Positions 1 to 14,665 are shown, numbered from the stretch's first letter. The stretch is 64,000 nucleotides of DNA from Leucoraja erinacea (GCF_028641065.1 NC_073410.1:12090001-12154000), one strand, 5' to 3'. The notes: generated by a model not told the origin, from the letters alone. Numbers and translations: made by a program.

Positions 1-3000
1 CGCGCCATGCTTAATGAAATGCGGACTCCTACCAGTCTAAGAAAAACACTGAGGTCTTTATATTATATTCTCGGCCTCGCTTCTACCTCTGAGCTCCAAT
101 TTTCAAGAAATATCTGCGGAGATTTCCCCACTGTAAATTATGGAAGAAAGACCACGTATGATCAAAATAAACGACTCATTATATACGAAACAGCTGCATA
201 TACATTTTTCGTCTCCAATTTTACATTCATTCAGGGGGTACGGTGGCGAAGATCCGCTATTAAAGCGAATATTTGAAAAGAAAACTGCAGTTTTCATTTC
301 TGGTCCCTCTGGGGTAGTGAGGATGCCTGTGTGAGTCTATAATTCTCACACAGTATCATTTAACAATATTACATGTACAGGAATCTGCTGGCGTTCTTGT
401 CACAAGGTCGGTTAGATATGGTCCATCTGAGGTGGATCTGCTTTCTTGAGGGTTGGTGTGAGAATGGCCTCTCCCCAGGTGATAAAAGAGGTCATGCCAA
501 GTGCATTAAGGGCACGCTGGAGATCAGAGAAGTGGATGGTGAATTAACTGACTGGAAGACAACAAGCGAGAGATTTGTATCACTGTCCACGGAGAATAAT
601 ACCCAATAAAGCCCACCTCTCCACAGGGTCCCCACTGCACTCCCTCAATCATCAAAGACTATTACAGGCACTGCAGATAAAACCAGGCTCTGTCAGGAAG
701 GACTTTTCCCATTAATCATGTGTATCGGAGTCCTCCTGAGGCAGTTTAGTATTATGTCCATAGCCACAATAGCACAATTGATAAAGACACCATTTGCAGC
801 GAATTGCTAAGTATTTGGTGTCCACACTAAAACCAAATAGAAAGGAATGCAAAGGGAAGTCCATTCAGGCTGACATGCCTCCTTCACTTCATTATTTCCC
901 AGTTTATTACCCATGTGTGTTGCATTAAAATGCCCTCTTGTATTTACTGCTTGCCTCACCAGTTGATCAAGCATGTCCTCTGCTGTTCCTTGCCCAACCT
1001 GCCCCTTAGTGATATAAGTGCATGAGTATTTCAAACTCCACACCATCATACCATTGTGTTGGTTGGTCTCGGAAAGTACAAAGCAATGGCAGCTCTAATT
1101 AACAAAGGAAAATGAATTAGAGAATAATTATATTCAGCATGGACAATGTGATATGCTGATGGAAACTGTAATCAACAACATTTGTGGCAGGATGGGTGTA
1201 TAAAGCCCATGTAGTTGGACTCATTCAGATTTCATATGAGGAAGAATTGGGTCGGGGGCAGTAGGGCCCAAGTTAATGCCACCACTCTCCCCACCCTTCT
1301 CACTCACGATCTCCCAATATATATTAAGGGCCTGTGTCTTTGCACATGTAGGTGTAATTTGTGTACATTTCTCATGCCCCTCCAGAGGTGGACACATTTA
1401 AGTACCAGCACTAGGCCCTGGTTTAAAAAGCACCTAAAGGAACCAAATTGATTATTTTTGGTTATCTACTATTTGCAGTCTCATTTTATTTTTTTAAACA
1501 GCTGTAACATTGAAAGCAGACGGCACAAAGATAAGTCAAATCTATGAATTAAAATTTAGTGGCAATGGGAGACTTTTGCAGAATCTGGCACAAAAAGCCG
1601 AAAAGTTCCATGTCTTAACTTGTCCTTGCAGATTTGTCTCCCAACTCTTGAGAGACATAAAACACTTATGTTTCCTGAGACTTTGGTACGATACAAATCC
1701 TGCAGGGCAACGGCCGAGGAGCTCTTTCTAAGCAAATCATGTTTTCTAAGGAAGAAACCAGCCAGTGTTGCCCAGATTGGCCTCAAATAGACAAGCCTCA
1801 GGTCAAGTCTGATGAAGGGTCCTGACCCGAAACATCACCTATTCCTTCTCTCCAGAGATGCTGTCTGACCCGCTGAGTTACTCCAGCATTTTGTGCCTAT
1901 CTCTGGCCTCAGAATGGTTGCCTCCTAACAATCCTTGAATCCAGCAAGTAGCTTTAACTCATTCCACCTAAAAGTGCAGTGACTCAAGAGGTGGTTCAAC
2001 ACCAACTTCTTAGTACAACTGAGAACCAGCAATAAACAACCAACATAACCAGGAGTGCTGCACAAAGACTAACTAAGTTATCTAAAAAATTGATACGTTT
2101 CTATACATAATTAGCAGTACAAATATAGTTACTATGCATGTGTATTTTGCAAAGAAAGTTTCACAGTGTACAGCATACAGAGGAATGGCACCACTGGTAT
2201 CATGAAAATAATAGACTTAAGGAGTTTTATTTACTGCTTGCTGCAAGAGTAGGGGTGTGTAAGCCCTTCTTGCTGCAGACAAAACTCTTTTATTTTGCAA
2301 AGCTGCAAATTAAATATCGAGGCCGCCCATTGCTTTGATTGGATACGGTTGTCTGCATTGTTTCACGGGAATGAGCACAGATGCATAACAAACACAGAAT
2401 CACAATGGAAGAGTTAGGTTAGTCAACGCGTATATCAATCAATTTACATCAAATAAAACACAGATCATAATGTTAAAGTATTTTGATTATCCACAACTGC
2501 TTCAGAGAAACCTTCTAGTTGTGAAAATGCATTTGCTTTATAACAGCCTTGGTTAAAGAAAGCAAAGTCATTTTTGTGACAAGCACACTTTTTCCCCATG
2601 TGTGCTGATGTAAATGTGCATACGGCATACTTAATTTCCCAGAACGGCAAGTGGTCTAAGTATATAAATGTTTTATTTTCTTTCAAAATGTTTCATATCG
2701 ATAAACAGAATTTATATCGCCCTTCCGCAGGCATTGTTACAGTGGCTGCAAAATATGACTCCCTGTAAAATGTTTCATACTCTCTGCCAGTTATAGTCGT
2801 CTGCACATGAGGATATGGTTTTTTGCATTTAATGACACTTTCCCATTGTCGATCAGCTGCCAATCTACACTTTTGTTTCAATGTCTCGGTGACTTTTCCA
2901 GACCTATTTATTTTTCTTGCTTTGTGTTAATTCTCTAACTAAAGCGAAGGTTACAGTTTGTAAGCTCTCTCGACTGAAACTTGTAAATGGGATTCTTCAG

Positions 3001-3395
3001 TCACTGGCCTGTGGAAAACCTCTAAGATAAATTTTAATATTTGTCATCTTATTTTACTAGTGGAAAAGAACTCAACAATTTTAATTCCAGCCAAATTTCA
3101 AAATGGTTACATTTCTCGTGACAGTTATTCCTAGCAGTCTTATCCTAGTTGGAACTAATTGTTGAACATACTTCATAGAAGATTCATAGAAAAGGTCCAA
3201 CTGCAATTTCTAAACATTCTCTAAAGATTTTCTAAAGATCTGTGTAAAGCATTGATCAGTTGGATAAATGTTATTCTATCGAATCGGAACTGTCTGTTTG
3301 AAACTCGCAGACTCGAATCATAAATTAATCTTAGCCCAGTAACTATGCGCAGGGAATTTGAGCAATTGATGATTTTATTGTCCGTTTTGTCACAG

Positions 3396-3587
3396 GTGGT
3401 TCGACCCTCCAATCATGCAACAATCCAGAGCATTGTCAAGGCTGTTGGGATTATCCCTGGAATTCCGGAGCCCTGCTGTGTACCCGACAAAATGAATGCT
3501 TTGAGTGTGCTCTTCTTTGACGAAAACAAAAACGTGGTGTTGAAGGTGTATCCAAACATGTCAGTGGAAACCTGCGCTTGCAGATAG
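3396..3587 (+). CDS. GDF10: GDF10 (BMP-3b) terminal coding exon; upstream exons lie outside the window
   Basis: Acceptor ttttgtcacag|GTG at 3395/3396. Translation [63 protein letters not shown] is a BMP3/GDF10 C-terminus. VRPS and GIIPG favour GDF10, as does adjacency to GDF2-RBP3. Confidence 0.93.
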   Translation: MVRPSNHATIQSIVKAVGIIPGIPEPCCVPDKMNALSVLFFDENKNVVLKVYPNMSVETCACR

Positions 3588-5938
3588 AAACACAAAGATA
3601 TTAAAAGGAACTGCTAAATACAGCAAGCTGTATTGCTGTGTAATAAGTAAAAGCTGCATTGTGTCTCTTTCAAACCAAGAACTTGATACCAGTTCTGTCC
3701 CCTTTCCGCCTGCAGACATCAACATGCTCATTTCTGGCGTTGAGTAGCGAAGTGTATTTGGGGTTAACACCAGATGTCAATATGTAGAGAACACAGAAAA
3801 CCCAAGCATTCTGTTACAGCATGTAAATGCATCCATCATCAGATAAAAACAATGTTTGCTCTTCCACAATATTCCCTAAATCTGAAGGTTACAGGACAGA
3901 TTGTGGTACCTAGCTCTCTTGTGCTCTTATATGTAAATTAATAATAATATCAGCAATGGCAGTCTATTTAAGTGTAGATTATACTATATTCCTGATCTTG
4001 GTGTATTGTGTGTGTGCGTTCAAATCTTTATTCGTCATTTCATTTATTTAATATTTGTATTCCTGGTAGCAAAGGAGTTTGTGCTTTTTTTTTAAAAAGA
4101 GCAAAAGCAGTTAAATAATTGTAGGGCAGCTGCCAGAAGCACAGTGCTTTCACATCTTAAACCCCCGCAAACTAAAACAATGACGGAGAAGGGAAAAACT
4201 TTTGATTTTATGATAATCAAAAGTAAGTTGCGATTTGCTGCCAACTTTTTGTAAATTGTAAAGAGAACATTAATTGCAAAATAGATCAATTTAACTTAAC
4301 ATATATCTGATATATTACAGGCAATGTAAAATTTACTAAGCCCGGAAGTATGTTACTAATTTTAATATCCTCAAAGTTACAACTAATGAAACAATTGAAG
4401 GACAATGCTGAAGAATTATTTAGACAATCTTCTATGAAGGTATTCAAGTTTATGCATTTTGTCTGGATATGTTCACATTCTAACTTCAATGTCATGTAAA
4501 AAAACACAAATGCTTCCTACCCGAATGTGATATTCAAAGGTAAAATATTCACAAATGTGTTTTTGGTAATGCATCTGTTTCTAAAAGTACCCAGTGCCCA
4601 GAGCTTGCATTTCATAATCTACAGTGTATGTTCAAAGTACTTGAGAAATTAAAAGTGTTATTGATATGAAATTGCATTTTGTCAAGAAATTATTAAACAA
4701 AGCTACTCGAACATTCTGAAAATGTCCCTCCTATTAAAATCTCTTTTTATTGTTAGGTATTCTGTGTACTCATACTGGGCCTTCTCAGATAACATGCACA
4801 TTGGCCAAATTTTAAGCCCCTGCCAATGTCTCTCTTCAGCTTATCCACAGACCTGTTATCGGGTCAACTTGGTCTGTTTATTAGTAGCTGCCCCTTTTAT
4901 TTGATTGCAAGATTTGCTGTTAGGTTACTCTCCACTGCACCATGCTATGGATACATGTATGGAAAGACCAGAGTTGCACTGTTTTATAAGATGGACATTT
5001 TGGTGCATATCTTGAAAACCGTTTGTTTTATGGTCACTGGTCTTTGTTGGTGGAAATCCAGCAGTTTCTTCAGTGTTCAGAGTTTGCTCGCTGGCAGTCA
5101 AAGTAGCCGGATTACTCCTGTTCCCCTTCCACTTGAAACTTTCAACATAGTTAAAGCTGCGCCACGGTCTTTGAGAAAGAACAGATCTAACATTGCGATT
5201 ACAAAGTCAGCGATTCGAGTGAGAATTTATTATGAAGCTTTTTATTTGGTGCTGTTACGCTGTGGGAAGTGTAATGACTTCAGTACTTTTGAAACATATC
5301 CCGCACGGGCCTTCTCTGACTACTTGCCTTTGCTTGGCACATGATTTATTTCATGCATGCCTTAAATAAACCCATGCAATTCTGGCGTTATGTTTCTTAC
5401 TAATTCTGTAATAAATTTGCTCAGAGTTCTATTTATATAAAGCCCTCTTGTTTTTTTATTTAAACTTGGACCACTTAATTGATCTTTTTTGGAATCTGGA
5501 CTCGTGCTAATCTTAGAATCAAATGAGCGCAGTTGAAACTGGTTCTTTCACAGGCTAGTTGTGCTGTAATTCCGACACAGCTAGAAATTATCCTTGGCCA
5601 TGGTGTTTCATTGTGTAGCAGATATCTCCGACCTCTTAAACTTTTAAGGATTGGAAATTTTGTTAGCAATCCAAGTCATATTTCAAGCCACATTGTATCA
5701 GCCTAATTCTGTGCTGTCTGCCTACAAGCACCAATCACACCTATTGGCTCCATTAAACACCAGCTCCATTTCACTGCATGAAACCTGCAATCTATCCCTT
5801 TTACCTGTAATCAGTAAATTATAAAGGCGGAAAATTCAATGCGCTGATTTTGAATAGCTTCCAGAACAAAGAGGCGGGAATGGTGAGGGCAATCTGGAGA
5901 TGTGTTGATCACGCTGAACTTCACAGGTCAGCTGTAGT

Positions 5939-6208
5939 GTTTAGTTTTAGAGATACAGCGTGGAAACAGGCCCTTTGGCCCACTGTGCCATTTGAACCAG
6001 CAATTACCCATACACATGTTCTATCCTATGTACTGGGAGCCAATTTACAGAAGCCAATTAACCCACTAACTTGCACATCTTTGGAATGTGAGCAGAAACC
6101 CCCCCCACACCGTTACAGGGAGAACATACAAACTCCATACAGACCGCACCCATTGTCAGGATCCAAGCTGGGTCTCTGATGCCCTCCCACTGTGCCACTG
6201 TGTCGCAC
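5939..6208 (-). mobile_element. HE1-like tRNA-derived V-SINE (diverged)
   Basis: Same body as the other copies, with a CR1-like tail GGGCC...CCTGTTTCC...CTAAAC on the minus strand. Confidence 0.75.
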
Positions 6209-6308
6209 TGGTCCCAAACTCTGTTGTTCAAAACTTCTCGGTATACACCTGACATTTGGATAGTCCAAATGTATTTATTCCATCTAAAATGAGGCTTTCA
6301 ATATATAT

Positions 6309-6493
6309 GTTTAAGAAGGAACTGCAGCTGCTGGAAAATCGAAGGTAGACAAAAGTGCTGGAGAAACTCAGCGGGTGAGGCAGCATCTATGGAGCGAAGG
6401 AAATAGGCAACATTTCGTCCCGAAATGTTGCCTATTTCCTTCGCTCCATAGATGCTGCCTCACCCGCTGAGTTTCTCCCGCACTTTTGTCTAC
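6309..6493. mobile_element. Palindromic Penelope-derived short insertion
   Basis: About 73-bp inverted arms (6345-6417 and 6421-6493); 14-bp TSD CTTTCAATATATAT at 6295-6308 and 6493-6506. Confidence 0.8.
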
Positions 6494-6520
6494 TTTCAAT
6501 ATATATTATTGATTGTATTT

Positions 6521-6818
6521 CATAGAAACATAGAAACATAGAAATTAGGTGCAGGAGTAGGCCATTCGGCCCTTCGAGCCTGCACCGCCATTCAATATGA
6601 TCATGGCTGATCATCCAACTCAGTATCCCGTACCTGCCTTCTCTCCATACCCCTTGATCCCCTTAGCCACAAGGGCAACATCTAACTCCCTCTTAAATAT
6701 AGCCAATGAACTGGCCTCAACTACCCTCTGTGGCAGAGAGTTCCAGAGATTCACCACTCTCTGTGTGAAAAAAGTTCTTCTCATCTCGGTTTTAAAGGAT
6801 TTCCCCCTTATCCTTAAG
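6521..6818 (-). mobile_element. CR1 (HER1-like) LINE 3' end
   Basis: Minus-strand ORF remnant FFTQRVVNLWNSLPQRVVEASSLAIFKRELD; (TTTCTATG)n tail. Confidence 0.88.
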
Positions 6819-8794
6819 TTCCAAATGTTGCTTCTCATATTTCATGGATAGTGGAGCCACTGACAATACCAGCCTTTATTATTCTACCTGCTGCTCAAGG
6901 TTGTGTCTGATATCATGGAATTCAAGTCCAGCTCTTCCATCCACATTGTTAAGAACACTAGAATCGTGCCGTATCCCACCAACCTGTCTGTATTCTCCCT
7001 GCATTCCCTGCATATCCATGCGCGTATCCAAAAGCCTCTCATAGGTCACTGTCATATCTGCCTCAACCACCGACCCAGGCAACGCCTTCCAGGCACTCAC
7101 CAGCCTCTGCGTAAAAAGAGTAGCCCAGCACGCACATCATCTTTAATCTTTGCCCCTAAAGCTATGCCCACTGGTATTTGTGGAAAAATGGTTGTGACTC
7201 TCTACCCTATCTATCCCTCGCAGAATTGGATATACCACAATCAGGTCGTCTTGCAGCATCCCAGTGTTCCAGAGAAGAAACAGGAGTGTTGTTATTGTAA
7301 TTATCATATCTCTAAATTTTCACTGTTTCAGGGGTAGTGGGGGAAGGCAGTGGTGTGTGTGATGAAGGGGTGGGGGGGGGGGGGGGGGGGGGTGGGAGTT
7401 GATGGGAACGTGGGGAGAAGAGATGAAGAGAGATTGCAGGGACTGTTACTGGGGGGATTTAAATTGTTCCCTGATCGGGCATAGTCTCCTGGACTGAAAT
7501 AGTCCCTCACAATGTTATCAGGAAATATGATATGATATCCAGGATAGAACATGTCTAAAAAGTTTTAATGCCAAGCTTTTTCTGGATACTGTCAGTATTT
7601 CCCATAACAAGGCAAAACAGGAAAAGCCATTTATGCAATTTCAAATAGAAATAGAATATTCTCTTATTTTCATTTCTGTGGCAGTTTTACAAGCAAACAT
7701 ATAGTATCTTAATTGGCTGTATAAAGCAGGATCCTGTGTGCTAGACCCCACCGGCACTGAGCACCTGTTTCTGTCTTTTTATTAAACTTCTTCTTCAGAA
7801 AGTAGGTTCTTACTAAAACGTTACCATGGCCACCCCTGATTAGTTCGTATTAATCGCTTCATGTCAACTAGAATGGTGCGAAGAATTACAGATCATGCAC
7901 CACCAATGAATTTAAAGCGATTGCTCCCAGCCCTGTTATCTTGCAGGTTTAACGTGAAGTATGGATTTTGCATGTAAGTCGCATCCCAATGGAGACGCAG
8001 TCATATCCAAACTTGAATCGGGCTGCATCGCTTCTTTAGAAACTGATTAGTGTACTTGCCCATGGCCAAGATCAGAACCTCCCTCTAAGTTGCTGCTTTC
8101 ACAATGATCTGCTGCATTGGCCACTTGGTCATCCTGCTATAGGAAAGATGTTGTTAAGCTGCAAAGAGTGCATGGAAGATTTACGAGCTGACTGAGGGGA
8201 TAGTGGAGGCGGGTACCACGGCAACATTTGGAAGGCACTCGGACAGGCACATTGAATGGTGTGAGTTGGGCAAGGGGAGGTTGGATTGGCTCAGTTGGGC
8301 AGCTTGGTCAGAATGGACGTTGGGCCAAAGGGTCTGTTTCCTTGACATGGAACTCAAGACTCAATAACTCCAGGCTTCTTGGTTGGCATGGACAGGTTGG
8401 ACCAAAGGGTTTGGTTCTTCCCTGTATAAGTAATGACTCAGAATACATAGCCAACAGCAGGACAGGAACTCAGGCATTCAGTGGTGATGTTGGAAATGAT
8501 ATGAAATGTGTTCTACAATAGAATATTCACCAGGGTTAGAGGGAATAAAATGGCAGCAAAGAGCAAGCTGTATCAACAGCACTAAACCGACTACCACTGC
8601 CAGCACAACAGGCCTTTATGGCCCAGTTAAGACTCTAACATTTATTAACATTTCAGATTTGAAGGAACAAGATGGCACCTAAAATGTGACAACTCGTGTA
8701 CGGACTTAGTGTGGTCTGCTATCTTACACTCTCGTACTTAGTCTGATTGCGACTAATGTGTAGTTGGATTGTCACTGAGCTGTATGCAAAAGGA

Positions 8795-9121
8795 GTTTAG
8801 TTGAGTTTAGCCTAGTTTATAGATACAATGCAGAAACAGGCCCTTCGGCCCACCGAGTCCACGCCGATCACCGATCCCCATATATTAACACTATTCTACA
8901 CTAGGGACACTGTTGCATATGTACCTTAGCCAATTAACCTACAAACCTGTACGTCTTTGGAATGTGGGAGGAAACGGAAGATCTTGGAGAAAACCCACGC
9001 GGTCACGGGGAGAAGGTATAAACTCCGTACAGACAGCACCTGTAGTCAGGATCGAGCTCTGGTCTCTAGTGCTGTAAGCACAGTCAGGCAGCAACTCTAC
9101 CACTGCACCACTGTGCTGCCC
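8795..9121 (-). mobile_element. HE1-like tRNA-derived V-SINE
   Basis: Minus strand: GGGCAGCACAGTGGTGCAGTGGTAGAG (A box), a B-box-like CTCGATCC, the V-domain and a (CTAAA)n tail. Confidence 0.85.
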
Positions 9122-10567
9122 ATTGTATCAACTACATGACAACAAAGTACCATTGAAACATTGGGCCATTAAAATGCTCTCAGTAGTGACTCTCAGTCAT
9201 GTAACAGATTAGGAACAGAACTGTAAATCTGTTAGGTCCATCAAACATGTCAGAGACATTGAGCTCAGCTGCATAGTTTGGTATATTATGTGTGATGTGA
9301 ACATGCAGGGAGATTTCAGCACTTTTTCCAGTCCTGTAATTCTTTTGCTCTGTTCCTCTGTCCTGTCTAATGCAACACAAAGAAACGTCTTAGCCAATGG
9401 TTTCTGATGAGAGACTAATTTGGAAAATGTAGTCAAATCTCCGGTTACAAAATAAACGGGATGTCTCAGAAGAGGTGCCTATCTCCCTTAACTACCTCCC
9501 GGGGACATATCAGTTACTCACTAATCACTTCCCCAAAGAGTGGCCTGAAATATTGAAAACCGGAGCTGGTTAATTCAGCTGTATTCTGCTAATTGGGAAA
9601 GACAAAACTGATATTTATCTGCCTCGCTCCTTATGCAGTACTGCGAATGTGCAAAGGGGCCTCAACTACATGAGTCACCGGCTCAGGTGCCCCTCAGGCT
9701 GATAACTTCCTTTCCCAATCAACAGGCTCTTCACAGTTTTCTTTTGGCAATGGATCCTTGTGGAGATAATTTAATTTCCTTCAGGATCCAGGTTTAAATT
9801 CCGTTTGAGGGTACAATGTTCAGATCTTCCTGCAAAGAAAAATTAGACGATTTGGCTGCTTAATCCTTATTACAACAGGTCTGAACAGGTCTTTTCCCCA
9901 TCTTCAGCTTCCACTATAGAAGAATCATCTTCTTCACCCCTAATTCCGGCAATTGATGACAGCCTTGGGAAGCTTGGTTAGTTAAGTTTAGTTTTGTTTA
10001 ATTTGCTTTAGTTAAGTCTAGTCTAGTCTAGTCTAGTCTAGTTTAGTTTAGTTTAGTTTAGTTTAGAGATACAGCATAGTGCGCATGCTCTTCACCCCGA
10101 TGAGCTGACCATTAAGCTCGGTTATTTTTTACTGGTTCTGACGAAGGATCTCAGACTTAAAACATGAATTCAGTTCCTCATTCCACAAGTACTTCCAGAC
10201 TTGCTGAATGTTTCGAACACTTTCTGATCTTATTTCAGGTTTCCAGCAGTTACAGTTTTATTTTATTTTCATTGCTTCTCCTTTTGTCTAGCACACTTAC
10301 CACATGGAGGCGATATAGGCAAAAGGTTTGTAGGGTGCCCTGGGTCGATACATCATAGGTTCTCACAGCTGTTAATGAGGTACCTGGTTAACTGATTAAT
10401 AATGGCGGTGAAATAGAGGAGAGAGAGAGAGAGAGAGGGTAGAAGATAACGAGTTATTTTGTGTTATCTCCCCTAACAAACCTCGTTAATCCAAGAACTA
10501 GGTTACTGTAACCTGACTGGGCTTGTCCAGCTTAATAGAGATTTCATTTGTCCTGCCTATTTCTTGC

Positions 10568-10568
10568 C

Positions 10569-10614
<46 letters not shown>

Positions 10615-11386
10615 TAAATATATTTTATTGTCATTACACATCAGTGCAACGAGATTTGGTATGCAGCTTCCAACCGATGTCAAAAAAATAAAAAATAAAT
10701 AAACTGTGCGACGTGACCATCTGAGGGAGACAGTCCAGGGGGGGTGGGGGGCACTCAGCAGGGCTGGTTCAGAGCCGCTATAGCTCTGGGAATGAAGCTG
10801 TTTCTGAGTCTGGAGGTTCGGGCGTAGAAGGCCTTGTAACGTCTGCCGGAGGGAAGTAGTTCGAATAGTCCATTACAAGGGTGTGAGGAGTCTTTATTGA
10901 TGCTGACGGCCTTCCTGAGGCACTATGTGTGGTAGATGCTCTCCAAGGCTGGTAGCTGAGTCCCAATAATCCTCTGTGCTCTGTGGACGACGCGCTGAAG
11001 AGCTCTCCTCTCCGCCTCCGTGCAGCTGCGATACCACACAGAGATGCCATACGTTAATATGCTCTCTGTGGTGCAGCGGTAGAAGGTTGTCAGCAGCTGT
11101 TGGGGCAGACCAGTCTTTTTTAATGTCCTCAGGAAGAACAGTCGTTGCTGTGCCTTCTTGACCAGCGCAGCGGTGTTGGTGGACCATGTGAGGTCCTCTG
11201 AAATGTGAGTGCCCAGAAACTTAAAGTTGGACACTCTCTCCACACTGTCCCCGTAGATGGAGATTGGGGCATATTCCTGAAGACCTCCTGAAGTCAATAA
11301 TCAGCTCCTTGGTCTTGGAGGTGTTTAGTGACAAGTTGTTACGTGCGCACCAGTCCGCCAGGTTCTGCACCTCCGCTCTGTATTTT
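10568..11386 (-). mobile_element. Rex1/Babar-type LINE 3' fragment (RT C-terminus) with (ATT)n tail
   Basis: VERVSNFKFLGTHISEDLTWSTNTAALVKKAQQRLFFLRTL...FYRCTTESILTYGISVW; LLPSGRRY; (AAT)n on the plus strand at 10568-10613. Confidence 0.85.
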
Positions 11387-12526
11387 CATAGAGAGTCAGA
11401 CAGCACGGAAATAAGATCTTTGGCCCAACTTGCCCATCTCAACCATAATGCCCCATGCCAACCAAGACACTCCGATAGCATTTCTGCATCTTAAGACAAT
11501 CCTGTTAATTTTTTTCCTTTTTTCTTCATTCTTGTGAAGGGTCTTCATCCTAAAAATTGTTAACTGTTTCTCTCACTGCAGATGCTGCCTGACCTGCAGA
11601 GAAATTTTCTTTCTTTCGTTGTTTCAATGGCCGTCACTTCTGATCACAAGGAACAAACCTGACCATGGCCTCCCCCATTCCTTCCCTTCAGTAAAATACT
11701 CCAGGATCTCCGCAATCTTTCATTTTCTGACCTCTTAGTCAGTCCCCGTTTTTAACCATCTATCAAGATCACCTTTACTCTCTGATTCCTTCAGCCAAAT
11801 ATCCCCCAGTAAATATCTCATCCATCCCCTCTTATTCTTCTTTCATAATGTTCCTTGAAACATCTCTTGAACGAAGACTTTGGTCTGATACCTCCTCATG
11901 TGGCTCACTGTTCAACTGTAAAGATCTCGGATACACCGTCTCTCCCCACCCCTCAGATTAAATTCATACCGTCAAATGGTGGAACCACAGCCAGCAGATG
12001 TGTCAATTATCACATTTACTCTGGCAGTCTCAGCTGAGGTCATCCTTTGTCCTTAAATATAGATGACTGCTCAATTCTGCAGAATATTCTTCGATTACTG
12101 GTTGTAATTGTTTGCTCCTAAATGAGATGGGGATTATAATTGAATGGGGTTTGTTTAGAATACCATTTAGTATTCTGATAACAAAATGCCACAAATAAAA
12201 TTACAATGTTAAGTTCTTACAAAATTAAAATTCAAGTTTCTAAATCCACTTGAATCTGGGAATATTCTTGACAGTTTATTCTTTACACATATCTAACATA
12301 TGATGTTTTGAACTGAAGAAGGGTCTCGACCTGAAACGTCATCCATTCCTTCTCTCCAGCGATGCTGCCTGTCCCGCTGAGTTACTGCAGCATTTTGTGT
12401 CTATCTTCGGAGTAAATCACCATCTGCAGTTTTTTCCTACACATGCTATGAAAGGTTTAGAGGGATATGGACCGGTGCAGGCAGGTGGGGCCAGTGAAGA
12501 TGGGGCGGCTGCATTGGAATTAGCGA

Positions 12527-12727
12527 GTTTAGTTTAGTTTAGTTTGGAGATACAGTGCAGAAACAGGCCCTTCGGCCCACCAAGTCCGCCGATCCCTCCA
12601 CACATTAGCACTAACCTACACAATAGGGATAATTTACAATTTTTACCAAAACCAATTAACCTACAAACATGTAATCTTTGGAATGTGGGAGGAAACTGGA
12701 GTACCCAGAGAAAACCTATGTGGTCAT
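12527..12727 (-). mobile_element. HE1-like SINE, 3' part
   Basis: gtttagtttag...gaaacaggcccttcggccc...ccaattaacctacaaac...tgtgggaggaaac. Confidence 0.75.
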
Positions 12728-14145
12728 GTCCCAGAGACTGGTTTTGATCATGACTACTGAGCTGACTGGATGAAGTTTGGACGTTCTCACTGTGACCGCG
12801 TGGATATTATCTGCATGCTCCGGTTTCCTCCCACACAACTAGGGCGTACAGGTTTGAACGGTTTTAAATCTCCTTTGACAATACATCCACATAACTTAAC
12901 CTTGTTAGAAATTGCACTGGATTCTGGTTATACCAGGTATCTCTTGGAATACGAGAAAGAAGAGTTAGCCTTAAGTATTCAATATAATATCTGCCTTGAT
13001 GTTGCTATCCTTTCAGAACAATGTCTGATCTTGCTGGTGTAATTCTTAGATATTCTTAGATCCATAGAGTGAATGATCAGCTGGTTCTTTCTCCTGCCTT
13101 CTCGATAATATTTTTAAATATTCCTACCTTCTCATTTATACCAAGTGGTCACACACAAAGTCATAGAGAGATACAGTATGGAAACAGGCCCTTCAGCCCA
13201 CCTTGCCCACACCAGCCAACAGCTACACTAGTCCCACCTGCCTGTGCTCGGTACATATCCCTCCAAACCTGTCCTATCCATGGTACACAAAAATGCTGGG
13301 GAAACTCAGCGGGTGCAGCAGCATCTATGGAGCGAAGGAGATAGGCAACATTTCGGGCCGAAACCCTTCCTCAAGGGCAGTCCTATCCATGTACCAGTCT
13401 AACTATTTCTTAAACTTTGGGATTGTCCCAGCCTCAACTGCCTCCTCTGCCAGCTTGTTCCATACATCCACCACCCTTTGTGTGAAAAAGTTATCCCTCG
13501 AATTTCTATTCAATTTTTTTCCCCCACAATAGGAATACAAACTCAGATGTTTCTTATGAACTGTAGCAAAAAACTTATGTGTGAAGGGCCATAAGAAGCT
13601 AAAAGTTATTTTGGAAAATATAAACAGTGACTGACGGTAATCCCAGTCAGTTCAGCAACAAAATATTTCTGGTTCATATTCAAAACAAAAACAGATATCA
13701 ACGTACATCAATTAAAACTGCAAGCTTATGTATAGCTTCCTTCATGTATGTACACATCATTTTATATTCTTGCCATACAATGAGTTCCTTCAGCATCTGA
13801 TCCTCTATCGTACAAAAGTAAATGATCTAGGTTTGAAAGCTCCACAATGGGAGAAGTCATCGTGTCTGCGAGTTGCTTCAATCTGACGCCATTCATACAG
13901 GAAATGTTCACATTTAAGGTTAATTCCATTCTCAAATTTCAAAAAGATACAAATTTCTCCATGGCCCAGTGTGCAATCGATTCAGTCCCTCCTGAATTCA
14001 GTTAACATTCTGTCAGCTGCTATTTTTTTTCTTCATCAGTATGTTAATCCACTCATTATAGATTTTCTGATATCACTTCACCTCAAATACTAGGGGTTCA
14101 AAAAGACTTTCTCAGCTTCAAATACCTCCGCACTGGACATCAAAA

Positions 14146-14405
14146 TTACTTACTTGTTTACTGCCTATTATGCCTCCTGGCATGTAGGGCAACAACAAAG
14201 GTCCTCCACTTCTTGTTGATTCCTTCAGTTGCTCTTTGTGTAATATATTTGTTTTGCGGGGCATGGTTGTTAGCTCTGTGCTCAACCCCCAACCTGGAGG
14301 ACCAGTGGATCGCTCTCCGTCTCGCCTGCACCCTTCGACCTGTCCAGCACGGTAGACCCTAACAGGAGACGAATCTCCCGCTGGCATAGCTCTAGGGGTC
14401 ACTAG
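14146..14405 (-). mobile_element. Bipartite RTE-derived non-autonomous element (RTE 5' segment fused to RTE 3' end)
   Basis: Minus strand: CCTCCAGGTTGGGGGTTGAGC...GCTAACAACC double hairpin typical of RTE 5' regions, then WRTFVVALHARRHNRQ* and an (AAGT)n tail. Family assignment is from memory. Confidence 0.65.
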
Positions 14406-14665
14406 AGTCTTTGTATATGGACCAGTCATCAAAACAGTTCAACTGTTTGGCCTGACCAGCATTGATCAACTTATTGTATGGGATCCTCGGTCTTCAGTTT
14501 CTGCTTGAAGGCAGGGATTAGAAGCACAGCCAGGTGGTCAGATTTACCAAAATGCATTAGAGAGGTGAAGTGCTAAGCGAACTCTGTCCTGCTGCTTAAA
14601 TAGTCATTTGCAAAAAGCAACTTGCAATAAACTGATTCAAAGGTCTAGATGGATCAAATGTCTAA

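Noticed and set aside
4826-5344. 172-aa ORF downstream of GDF10
   Set aside because: It has no recognisable homology or splice signals and is probably chance ORF in 3' flanking DNA.
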